NCBI GenBank assembly: GCA_002422905.1
Contig: DITU01000116.1
Coordinates: 40,717 to 104,716, forward strand
Reading direction: 5' to 3'
DNA length: 64,000 bases
DNA from: Verrucomicrobia bacterium UBA6176
GTDB taxonomy: Bacteria > Verrucomicrobiota > Verrucomicrobiia > Limisphaerales > UBA9464
Made by a program: the position numbers and the translations under genes. Positions within the stretch are counted from its first letter, which is position 1; each line of letters begins with the position of its first letter. Positions 19,985-28,000 of the stretch are shown here, in pieces. The notes under the pieces were generated by a model. It searched no databases, was not told where the DNA came from, and was given only the letters and a program-made list of their open reading frames with translations.

Positions 19985-21802
19985 ATGACATCGCCCACCG
20001 CCCCCGCCATGCCCGACGATCCGGACATGGCGGAACAGGAGGAACCCGTCCGCCGGCGCGTCGCGCTCAAGGTCATCAAGCTGGGCATGGACACCAAGTC
20101 CGTGGTCGCCCGCTTCGAGGCGGAACGGCAGGCGTTGGCGATGATGGACCACCCGAACATCGCCCGGGTGCTGGACGCCGGCGCGACCGATTCGGGCCGG
20201 CCGTTCTTCGTGATGAAACTCGTCCGGGGCATTCCCATCACCCGCTACTGCGACGAGAACAAGCTCGATACCCGGCAACGGCTCGACCTGTTCATCAAGG
20301 TCTGCCACGCCATCCAGCACGCGCACCAGAAGGGCATCATCCACCGCGACATCAAGCCGTCGAACATCCTCGTCACGCTCCACGACGGCGTCCCGGTGCC
20401 GAAGGTGATCGACTTCGGCATCGCCAAGGCCACCGAAGGTCGGCTGACCAACCAGACCCTGTTCACCGCCTTCGAGCAGTTCATCGGCACGCCCGCCTAC
20501 ATGTCGCCGGAGCAGGCGGAGATGAGCGGCTTGGACATCGACACCCGCTCCGACATCTACGCGCTCGGCGTGCTGCTCTACGAACTGCTCACGGGCAAGA
20601 CGCCCTTCGATGCCAAGGAACTGGCCCAGTCCGGACTCGACGCGATGCGCAAGACGATCCGGGAAAAGGAGCCGGTGCGTCCGAGCACGCGCCTGAGCCC
20701 CATGCTGGGCGATGCGCTCACGGCCACGGCGAACGCGCACGGCTATGACGCGGTGAGACTGCTCAAACTGATCCGCGGCGACCTCGACTGGATCGTGATG
20801 AAGTGCCTGGAGAAGGACCGCACGCGCCGCTACGAGACCGCCAATGGACTGGCGGCGGACCTCAAACGGCATCTGGACAACGAGCCGGTCGTCGCGTGTC
20901 CGCCCAGCGCGGGCTACCGATTCCAGAAGGCGTTCCGGCGAAACAAGCTGATCTTTGCCGCCGTCGGGGCCGCGGTCACATTGGCCTTGGTGCTGGGTTT
21001 GAGCCTGTCCATCGCGGCGTTTTCCCGGGAACGGCGCGCCTTCCGAGCGCTGGTTGCAGCGGAACAAGAAGCTGCGATCGCGCGAGTCCGATATTCCATT
21101 CTGAGCGGTGACGATGATCGGACGGAGGAAGCATTGCGTGAGGCTGCCGCGAAACACGTATCTCCCTCGAAGCTTGGGTTCCTCCTGGGCGCAGACTCGA
21201 GCCGGCACTTCATTTTGGAGCTGGGCTACCGGCAGATCCTGATGCTCCAGGGGAAGCCGGGTGCGGTGAAGCAACGCTGCACGTCCGGTGAAACCCATCA
21301 TTGGTTGAATCTGATCTGCCTGCTTGCCGCCGAAGACTCGCAGGGACTGAAACAGGCAGCGCACACCCTACTGTCCCCGAAATCTGAAGCTCCGGGAACC
21401 GGCCTGACCGATCTCTACAGTTCAATCATCGTGTATCACCTGCTGGCCCAGCCAGATTCGGCTGAGGATGCAGCGCGCACGTTCGCCCAGCGTTCCGCGA
21501 AACACCTGGCATCGCTGCGTCCACACTACAAACGGCTGGTCCAATACCTACAAGGTGAGCTTGGGGAGGAATCACTGCTGAGTGCCTCCCGTGGATCGCA
21601 GTCGGCACTATGTGAGTCCCATTTCTTTGTCGGCGTCAGACATTTGTCGTTGGGAATGCGCACTGCCGCCTACAGGCACTTTGCGGCTGCAACTGAAACC
21701 GACGCGGTGAACTACGCTACCTACTTCCTTTCCGGAATACTGAAACGTCGCCTCGACGATGACCCTGCTTGGCCACCCACGATTCCCGCTTCGAATGAGT
21801 GA
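19985..21802 (+). CDS. Ser/Thr kinase paralog lacking the N-terminal domain and Gly-rich loop; TM helix and TPR-like C-terminus
   Basis: It begins ...[25 protein letters not shown], which is just after where GxGxxG sits in paralogs. [16 protein letters not shown] and TPAYMSPEQ are present. An in-frame stop lies 39 nt upstream of the ATG. It may be a 5'-truncated pseudogene. Confidence 0.65.
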   Translation: MTSPTAPAMPDDPDMAEQEEPVRRRVALKVIKLGMDTKSVVARFEAERQALAMMDHPNIARVLDAGATDSGRPFFVMKLVRGIPITRYCDENKLDTRQRLDLFIKVCHAIQHAHQKGIIHRDIKPSNILVTLHDGVPVPKVIDFGIAKATEGRLTNQTLFTAFEQFIGTPAYMSPEQAEMSGLDIDTRSDIYALGVLLYELLTGKTPFDAKELAQSGLDAMRKTIREKEPVRPSTRLSPMLGDALTATANAHGYDAVRLLKLIRGDLDWIVMKCLEKDRTRRYETANGLAADLKRHLDNEPVVACPPSAGYRFQKAFRRNKLIFAAVGAAVTLALVLGLSLSIAAFSRERRAFRALVAAEQEAAIARVRYSILSGDDDRTEEALREAAAKHVSPSKLGFLLGADSSRHFILELGYRQILMLQGKPGAVKQRCTSGETHHWLNLICLLAAEDSQGLKQAAHTLLSPKSEAPGTGLTDLYSSIIVYHLLAQPDSAEDAARTFAQRSAKHLASLRPHYKRLVQYLQGELGEESLLSASRGSQSALCESHFFVGVRHLSLGMRTAAYRHFAAATETDAVNYATYFLSGILKRRLDDDPAWPPTIPASNE

Positions 21803-21910
21803 CGTCACTCAGATCGAAGGAATCCAGACTCCGCACCAATGCCTCCAGCCCCGACATCGCCAGCTGATTGACGGTCAAAATGCTGGCGAGCAATTCACAA
21901 CTGCCCACCC

Positions 21911-21950
21911 ATGAACCCCACCCGCGAAGAACTCCTGTTTGCCGCTGCGC
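21911..21950 (+). pseudogene. Kinase 5'-end stub K1 (first ~12 codons, MNPTREELLFAA, then unrelated sequence)
   Basis: atgaaccccacccgcgaagaactcctgtttgcc is near-identical to the start of the kinase-type ORF at 22706, with 2 mismatches in about 32 nt. Similarity ends after about 36 nt. Confidence 0.6.
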
Positions 21951-21979
21951 AGGGCACAACGCCTCGGTGGTCGATGGGG

Positions 21980-22144
21980 TCAGCCTACCCTGGAGTCTTT
22001 GGGCACGAACGAAACGACCTTGTGGCCGGATTGCGACTGGCGTTTGCGCGCGTCGGCCAGAACCGCCTTGAGATCGAAATTCCATCTGGCTGCCTGCTCC
22101 TGGCGCGCCTTCCGCACTTCCTCCACTAACGCATCTTTCACCAT
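21980..22144 (-). CDS. 54-aa partner protein of the PIN-like gene (putative antitoxin-like small protein)
   Basis: Own translation: MVKDALVEEVRKARQEQAARWNFDLKAVLADARKRQSQSGHKVVSFVPKDSRVG. The ATG lies 4 nt after the PIN-like stop. It is below the 60-aa cutoff of the ORF track. The role is inferred from its position only. Confidence 0.5.
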   Translation of the reverse strand: MVKDALVEEVRKARQEQAARWNFDLKAVLADARKRQSQSGHKVVSFVPKDSRVG

Positions 22145-22148
22145 GGAT

Positions 22149-22625
22149 TCATGTTCCCATCAATTCTTCCGGCGTGCAAATCACCGGTGCGGTCCATCCA
22201 CGTTCCTGGCAGACCCTCGCGATGGACACTGCCATTTCAGCATTGGCGATGTGGGTGCAGTTCCATGTCAGCAGGAAGTGCATTCCGTGAACTGCGGCGA
22301 GGGCGATGTGCGCCGCGTCGGTCGAGGCCTTCGCCGGAAGGGCCAGCGACGCCACCAACGCCTCCGCCCGTGCGGCCACGTCATCGGTGATGTCGAGTTG
22401 GGGCAAGTCTTTCAACACCGCCAGTCTCTCACGGGCGGCCGCGGGATCGCCGGCTGCCGCCTCGTCCAGCACGAGTTGGGAGATAAATATTTCGAAGTCC
22501 GCCCGGCGGATCTCCCACCATTCGCGTGTGATTTGCTGATGGCTCGCACAAATCAAATCCCGACTCGGCCGGGCCATGAGGTAGCTGGGCACGGTTGTTT
22601 CGAGATAGAGGCGCGCTTTCAACAT
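22149..22625 (-). CDS. PIN-like domain protein (VapC-family-like putative toxin)
   Basis: MLKARLYLETTVPSYLMARPSRDLICASHQQITREWW...AAHIALAAVHGMHFLLTWNCTHIAN...ICTPEEL matches a widespread ~155-aa PIN-like family. The start was set at the internal ATG at 22625. Confidence 0.75.
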   Translation of the reverse strand: MLKARLYLETTVPSYLMARPSRDLICASHQQITREWWEIRRADFEIFISQLVLDEAAAGDPAAARERLAVLKDLPQLDITDDVAARAEALVASLALPAKASTDAAHIALAAVHGMHFLLTWNCTHIANAEMAVSIARVCQERGWTAPVICTPEELMGT

Positions 22626-22705
22626 CGAACCCTTAACCCGCCCGCTTCCCGGCGGCAACTACCTCCCGAACGGGACATTCTGTGCCGAGCTCTCGCATCC
22701 CAGCC

Positions 22706-23524
22706 ATGAACCCCACCCGCGAAGAAGCCCTGTTTGCCCTGGCACTGGCCAAGCCGGCGGAGAAGCGCGCCGCGTTCCTCGGCGTGATGTGTGAAGGCGA
22801 CTCAGGCTTGCGCCAACGTCTCGAAGGCCTGCTCGCGGCGCACACACAGCCCGGCAACCTGACGCCCACCCAAGCCGACACCGCCCGCCCTACCCTCAAG
22901 CTCGATCTCGCCGATGCGCCCGACGAAGCCGTGGGTCAGACGCTCGGGCGCTACAATTTTTTGGAACGCGTAGGCGAAGGTGGCTGCGGCGTGGGCCGTG
23001 TCGCCGAGCAAATCGAGCCCGTGCGGCGACGTCTGGCGCTGAAGGTTATCAAGCTGGGCATGGATTTTAGCCCCGCCAAAGGCGAACTGATCGAATCTGT
23101 CCAGGGTCATCTGAACGGAGCTCACGGGATCGCATTCTCCCCCGATGGACGACGGTTGATCTCCGCGAGTGGTGGACGCGAAACCATCAAGCTCTGGGAG
23201 GTCGGCACGCGGCAGGAACTGCTGACCTTGACCGGCACTGGTGGCTATCTGGAGGCGGCCACCTGGAGTGCCGATGGCGACGTGATCCTCGTAGGCACAC
23301 CGTGGCAGGCCTGGCGCGCGCCGACGTGGGCCGAAATCAACGCGGCGGAGGCTAAGCCGTATCCATGCAGTAGGATCGGTCGTTTCGGCTGGATCTTCTT
23401 CCGCAATGCCTTCGTCGTTCGCTCGTTACGGATCGAGCTATTGATACGCGCCTCGCTCACTCCTCGGCCTGCGAAAGAATCTGCTGCGCCGCCACTTCCC
23501 TCCCTACTGCATGGATACGGCTAA
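22706..23524 (+). pseudogene. Chimeric kinase remnant: kinase N-terminal domain + Gly-loop fused directly to a WD40 tail
   Basis: MNPTREEALFALALAKPAEKRAAFL...LRQRLEGLLAAH is followed by [32 protein letters not shown]. The sequence then jumps to ...GIAFSPDGRRLISASGGRETIKLWEV, so the catalytic HRD/DFG core is absent. The 3' end reads through the TIR element. Confidence 0.65.
23355..23522. mobile_element. 168-bp element bounded by 20-bp perfect terminal inverted repeats (MITE-like, or a long-stem structured RNA)
   Basis: The left arm agccgtatccatgcagtagg (23355-23374) is the exact reverse complement of cctactgcatggatacggct (23503-23522). The interior contains a 50-nt core that recurs at 53623-53672. 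Confidence 0.45.
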
Positions 23525-23578
23525 GGACCCGCCTACGACGAGCTACGGCGGGCAGGGAAAGGTGGAGGGCAAACAACC

Positions 23579-23614
23579 GTGAATCCCACGTACGAAGAAC
23601 TCCTGTTTGCTGCC
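23579..23614 (+). pseudogene. Kinase 5'-end stub K3 (VNPTYEELLFAA)
   Basis: gtgaatcccacgtacgaagaactcctgtttgctgcc differs from stub K1 at about 6 of 35 positions. It lies 19 nt from the stop of an opposite-strand VapC remnant. Confidence 0.5.
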
Positions 23615-23632
23615 GAGCGGGAGCTACTGTCT

Positions 23633-23752
23633 TCAGAGCACCGCGAGGCTCAGTCCTTGAATGTGCTCGAAGTGGCGGCGGTTGAACGTGGCAACTTTAC
23701 TCCCACGCAGTCGTGCGGTGGCCGCCACCATCAGGTCGTAAGAACCGGCCAT
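23633..23752 (-). pseudogene. VapC (PIN) toxin remnant: only the C-terminal ~35 residues remain
   Basis: Own translation: (MAGSY)DLMVAATARLRGSKVATFNRRHFEHIQGLSLAVL*. This matches the conserved VapC C-terminus (D-x-hIAAtA...gxxhhTxNxxdFxxIxGLxh). The N-terminal ~100 aa of a PIN domain are missing. Confidence 0.6.
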
Positions 23753-24004
23753 CGGTCCTCCGGGGGCGACAGCTTGGTGCGTGCGTCGCGTAGGTCTTCC
23801 CCCCAGGCGCGGGCTTCGGCGGGAGGCAGTTCAACCCCGGCCAGCGCGCGGGCGAGTTCCGCTCCCGTGCAACGGGATGATTCGGCTGGCACCAGCCGTG
23901 CCACCGGTGTGGTGGCCTCGCACACCACGAAGGTCGTGTGCTCACGCCGGGCACGCCGGACCCAGTCGGTGAGACTGGTGTCGAAAATATGGGACTGACC
24001 CCAT
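23731..24004 (-). pseudogene. Phd/YefM-type antitoxin-like ORF without a usable in-frame start
   Basis: The frame reads ...WGQSHIFDTSLTDWVRRARREHTTFVVCEATTPVARLVPAE...ELARALAGVELPPAEARAWGEDLRDARTKL. The only nearby ATG (24004-24002) is one base out of frame across a G-run (atgGGGtcag). The stop overlaps the ATG of the VapC remnant (TGATG). Confidence 0.55.
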
Positions 24005-24099
24005 TGCTCCCATCGTCGGGATGGAGGACTGCGAGAGGCATGAACCAACCCAGGGAGCGCGGAGATTCTTGTTCGCGGAGGGTGGAAGGGATTGGGGAT

Positions 24100-24190
24100 G
24101 CGGAATGAATTCCGCGCTCCTGAGGACTGGAGCGGCGACGGTTGGTCGTCGTTGGGATCGAGGACGGCGGGTGAATCCCGCCGCCCCCGA
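24100..24190 (+). repeat. REP-like hairpin array, copy A2
   Basis: The GCGGAATGAATTCCGC head is at 24100-24115. It is followed by cggcgac-ggttg-gtcgtcg and cggcggg-tgaat-cccgccg. Confidence 0.7.
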
Positions 24191-24251
24191 TTTGGGATGG
24201 CGTTGGGCGATTGCATCGGAGTGGGGTTCACCGTTGAATCGCGGCCAAGCC

Positions 24252-25001
24252 ATGAACCAAGGCCAGTCCGACCCACAAGCCCGGCGTGAGTTTGTCACGA
24301 CGCGCTGGAGTGTGGTGTTGCGGGCGGGGGGAACAGGTGCGGAACAGGCGCACGCGGCGTTGGAACAGCTCTGCACCGATTATTGGTATCCGCTCTACGC
24401 CTATGTCCGGCGCAAGGGCCATTCCCCCGAGGACGCCTCCGACCTGACCCAGGAGTTTTTCGCCCGTCTGTTGGCGAAGGATTTCGCCCAGGGCCTGACG
24501 CCTGAGGGCGGGCGTTTCCGTTCGTTCCTCCTGACCGCCATCAACCGCTTTCTGATTGATGAATGGCGCAAGGGCAAAGCCCTGCGACGGGGTGGCGATG
24601 CCTTCATCGGATCGCTTGAAGCCTTGATCGCCGAGCATGGGGAGAGCGGTTACGCGGGGGAACTGGTGCCGGCTGAGACTCCGGAGCGCATCTATCAACG
24701 GACCTGGGCGGAAACGCTTTGTGCGCGTGTGCTCCAACGACTCCGGGACGAATGTGCTTCGAGGATGGGCGAACGTTTCCGGGTCATCGAACCCTTCCTC
24801 AGTTTCGGGAGCGAGCCACCGGAGCTGGCCGAGGCGGCGGCCCAGTTGGGTCTGACCCTTGCAGCGTTCAAGTCCCAGCTTCATCGGCTGCGCGGGCGTT
24901 ACCGCGAATTGCTGCATGATGAAGTCGCCCAGACCGTGGGTGAGGACGGGGATGTCGCCGGGGAACTTCGCGGCCTGATCGAGATCCTGCGCGGGAATTG
25001 A
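24252..25001 (+). CDS. ECF-type RNA polymerase sigma factor (PVC-type, paralog of 9809-10588)
   Basis: Motifs: TTRWSVVLRAGG, LCTDYWYPLYAYVRRKGHSPEDASDLTQEFF, and LAAFKSQLHRLRGRYRE. The start was set at the ATG at 24252, because the track start at 24021 lies inside REP copy A2. Confidence 0.85.
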   Translation: MNQGQSDPQARREFVTTRWSVVLRAGGTGAEQAHAALEQLCTDYWYPLYAYVRRKGHSPEDASDLTQEFFARLLAKDFAQGLTPEGGRFRSFLLTAINRFLIDEWRKGKALRRGGDAFIGSLEALIAEHGESGYAGELVPAETPERIYQRTWAETLCARVLQRLRDECASRMGERFRVIEPFLSFGSEPPELAEAAAQLGLTLAAFKSQLHRLRGRYRELLHDEVAQTVGEDGDVAGELRGLIEILRGN

Positions 25002-25067
25002 GATGCACCCTGTACGAATCCGGCATCCTTCCGAATCCTTTCCCTCCGAACCCCGTGCTCGAATGTG

Positions 25068-28000
25068 ATGGATCCGATCCCGCCCACCTGTTCCCGCTGC
25101 GGTGCCGCCTCGGGTCGAAGGCTGAATGCCGGGTTGTGTGCCGCCTGCCTGCTCGAGGACGAGTTTCCGTCGGCCCCGGGCATGCCTGAATCGGACGATG
25201 TCCCCGGATTCATCAGCGATGCCCCCTTGGTCCAGCGTTTCGGTCCCTATGAACTGCTGGAGGAGATCGGGCGCGGCGGCATGGGTGTCATCTACAAGGC
25301 CCGCCAGCCCGGCCTGGAACGACTGGTCGCGCTGAAGATGCTCCTGGCGGGTGAATTTGCCGATGCCAAGGCCCGGGAACGCCTGCTGCGCGAAGCCCGC
25401 ATTGCCGCCCGGCTTTCCCATCCGGGCATCGTCACCATCCATGAGGTGGGGGAACAGGAGGGGCGCCCGTATTTCGCCATGGAATACGTGCCGGGCCGCA
25501 ACCTGGCCCAGCACTGTCGCGATGGCTTTCTCCCGGTCGAAACGGCGGTGCGTTACGTCGAGGGAATTGCGCGGGCCGTCCATTACGCCCATCAACACGG
25601 GGTCATCCATCGCGACCTCAAGCCGGCCAACATCCTCATCTCGCCGGATGACCATCCCAAGCTCACCGATTTCGGGCTGACCAAATCGTTGGTGGATCCG
25701 ACCCGGACACTGGAGAGCGCAGGGTCGCCCAATTTCATGGCGCCGGAGCAGGTGGATTCGCGGTTGGGAACGACGGGCACGGCGACCGACATCTTCGGGT
25801 TGGGAGCGATCCTGTATTACCTGCTGACGGGTCGTCCGCCGGCGTTGGGGGAATCGCTGAATGAAACGTTGGGAGCGGCGGCGGCCTGTGAGCCGGTGGA
25901 GCCGCGCCGGTTGCGTCCGGCGCTGTCGCGGGATCTGGAGACCATCACCCTCAAGTGCCTGGAACGGGATCCGGACCGGCGTTACGGCAGTGCGCTGGAA
26001 GTGGCCGATGAACTGGCGCGATGGCGTCGGCACGAACCCATCCATGCCCGACCGACCACCCCGGGAGAACGGTTGGCGAAGTGGGTTCGACGTCGTCCGT
26101 TGGTGGCGGCGCTGAGTGCGGCGTGTGTGCTGATGGTGTTGACTGGTTTTGCGGGCATCACGTGGCAGTGGCGACGTGCGGAGGTCCAGGCGGAGGCGAC
26201 GGCGCGCGCCAACTATTCCGCCGTCCTTGGACTGGTTCGACAACGTCTGGAGGAAGGCACCCATCCGGCCGCCCGCCGCCAGTTGCTGGCTTTGCCGGAA
26301 CGTTTTCGGGGTTGGGAATGGGGACGACTTCTACTCCTGGCGCATCGGGAGATCCTTGCCGCCACGGTGTTGACCAACGGTTGGACCGGGCACGTCGAAC
26401 CGCCGCGCGGGCAGGTTGGAGTGTTGGACCATGCCATCAGCAACGATCGACGTTGGGTGGCGTGTTGGGGCGGTGGGCGTTTTGAAGTGTTGAACCTCAC
26501 CAACCAGGAATCCGTGTTCCGCACTGGATCGGGCACGGAGCCGGTGCGGGATGCCGCGTTCAGTCCGTCGGGTGAATGGCTGGCCACGGCGGGTCCCGGT
26601 CCCGGGTTCACCCTTTGGAATTGCGGGGACTGGCGCCGCATCCGCCAGGGGGCGTCGCATGTTCCTTCGATCCTGAGCCTGCGTTTCAGTCCGGACGGCC
26701 GGCGTCTGGTGGTGGCTGACGGCACCCGGCAGGTGCGTTGGTACGACACCGGGACGGGCGGGGAGATTGGCGTCCTTGAAGGCCGTGAACCGTGTACGGC
26801 GGTCCGGTTCACCCCGGATGGCATGAGGGTGATTGGATGGGAGATCCGGCCCAATCAAGGCAGCCGGTTCACCTTGTGGAATGGGTTGACCGGACAGGTC
26901 GAGGCCGAGGTTCCCCGGGGCGCCGAACGGTTCCGGTCGGTGGAACTGACGTGGGATGCCCACCACTACGCGACGGTGGATGCCGACGGTGTGGCGGCGG
27001 CCTGGAAGGTGGGGAGTGAAGAACCGTGGTTCAAGACGCCGCCGGAAGGGCCGGAGATCACCCGGGCCATTTTGTCGGAGGAACACTCGCGCCTGCTGAC
27101 CGTGCGGGAGAGAACGGGTCAGGCGCGTTTCTGGGATACCGGATCCGGCCATGCCCTTCCTGCGACTGCGGTTCGTTTCAACACCCTGACGGTGGGATCG
27201 GATGGACGAACCCTGATCTCCAGCCGGAACGCTCAGGTTCACCTGTGGGATTGGCGGACCGGACAACCGATCGAGGCGATGGGGATCGGCGACGTGGCCA
27301 TCGGGGCCAGCCTGGGGGTCTCCGCGGATGGACGCCTGGCGAGTGCGTTGGTGGGGCATTATCCGACGCCAGCCACCGTGCATGTATGGCCGGTGGATCC
27401 GCCGGACCTTCGTCTGGCGCCGGTCAATTCCGCCCTGCGATCGGCGTTGTCGCCGGATGGCCGGACGGTGGCCTTGGGACATCTGGACTCGCGGATCTCG
27501 CTGTGGGACACGCGCACCGGCGAGCGGACGGGTTGGTTGCACGGCCATTTCCGATCGGTCAATGACCTCGCATGGACCGCGGATGGGCAGACGCTGTTTT
27601 CGGTTTCGGATGATCACACCGTTCGTCGATGGGACCTGCGGGAGCGGCGGTTGGAAGCCACCTGGACCAACCTGAACCGGGCGATGTGGTCGTTGTCGGT
27701 CACCCCGGATGGAAGGCGGGTGGCGGCGGTGGATTTCACGGGACGGGTGGCGGTGTGGGATGGGAGATCGGGGGCACTGCTTCAACTTCGCCAGATGCCG
27801 TGTGAAAACGATCTGTTGCCGATCCATCAGGCTTGTCTGAGCCCGGATGGTCGCCAGGTGGCGGTCACCGGGTTTTCAGCGGGCGGAGTCTGGTCGGTGG
27901 AGGATTGGGCGTTGCTCAAGCGATTCAATCCTCCGGGGGAAGGATCCGACTTCGATCCGTGTGGATCGGGGTTTACCCCGGATGGCGAACGGTTCGCCAC

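Noticed and set aside
18758-21364. Minus-strand ORFs 18758-19804 and 19937-21364
   Set aside because: They are antisense to the NHL-repeat gene and the kinase paralog. The plus frames have the recognisable repeats and catalytic motifs.
21717-22085. 122-aa minus-strand ORF overlapping the small TA partner gene
   Set aside because: It is a composite of antisense kinase-stub sequence (…LRGWGSW…) and the antisense 3' end of the kinase gene. The 54-aa ORF in the other frame starts 4 nt after the PIN-like stop and has a plausible helical, charged composition.
21911-24252. Integron-like cassette array carrying TA modules
   Set aside because: There is no integron integrase, no attI and no attC-like imperfect palindromes at the cassette ends in the window. 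The recurring sequence is clearly the 5' coding end of a kinase family. The region is kept as an unexplained recurrent junction rather than called an integron.
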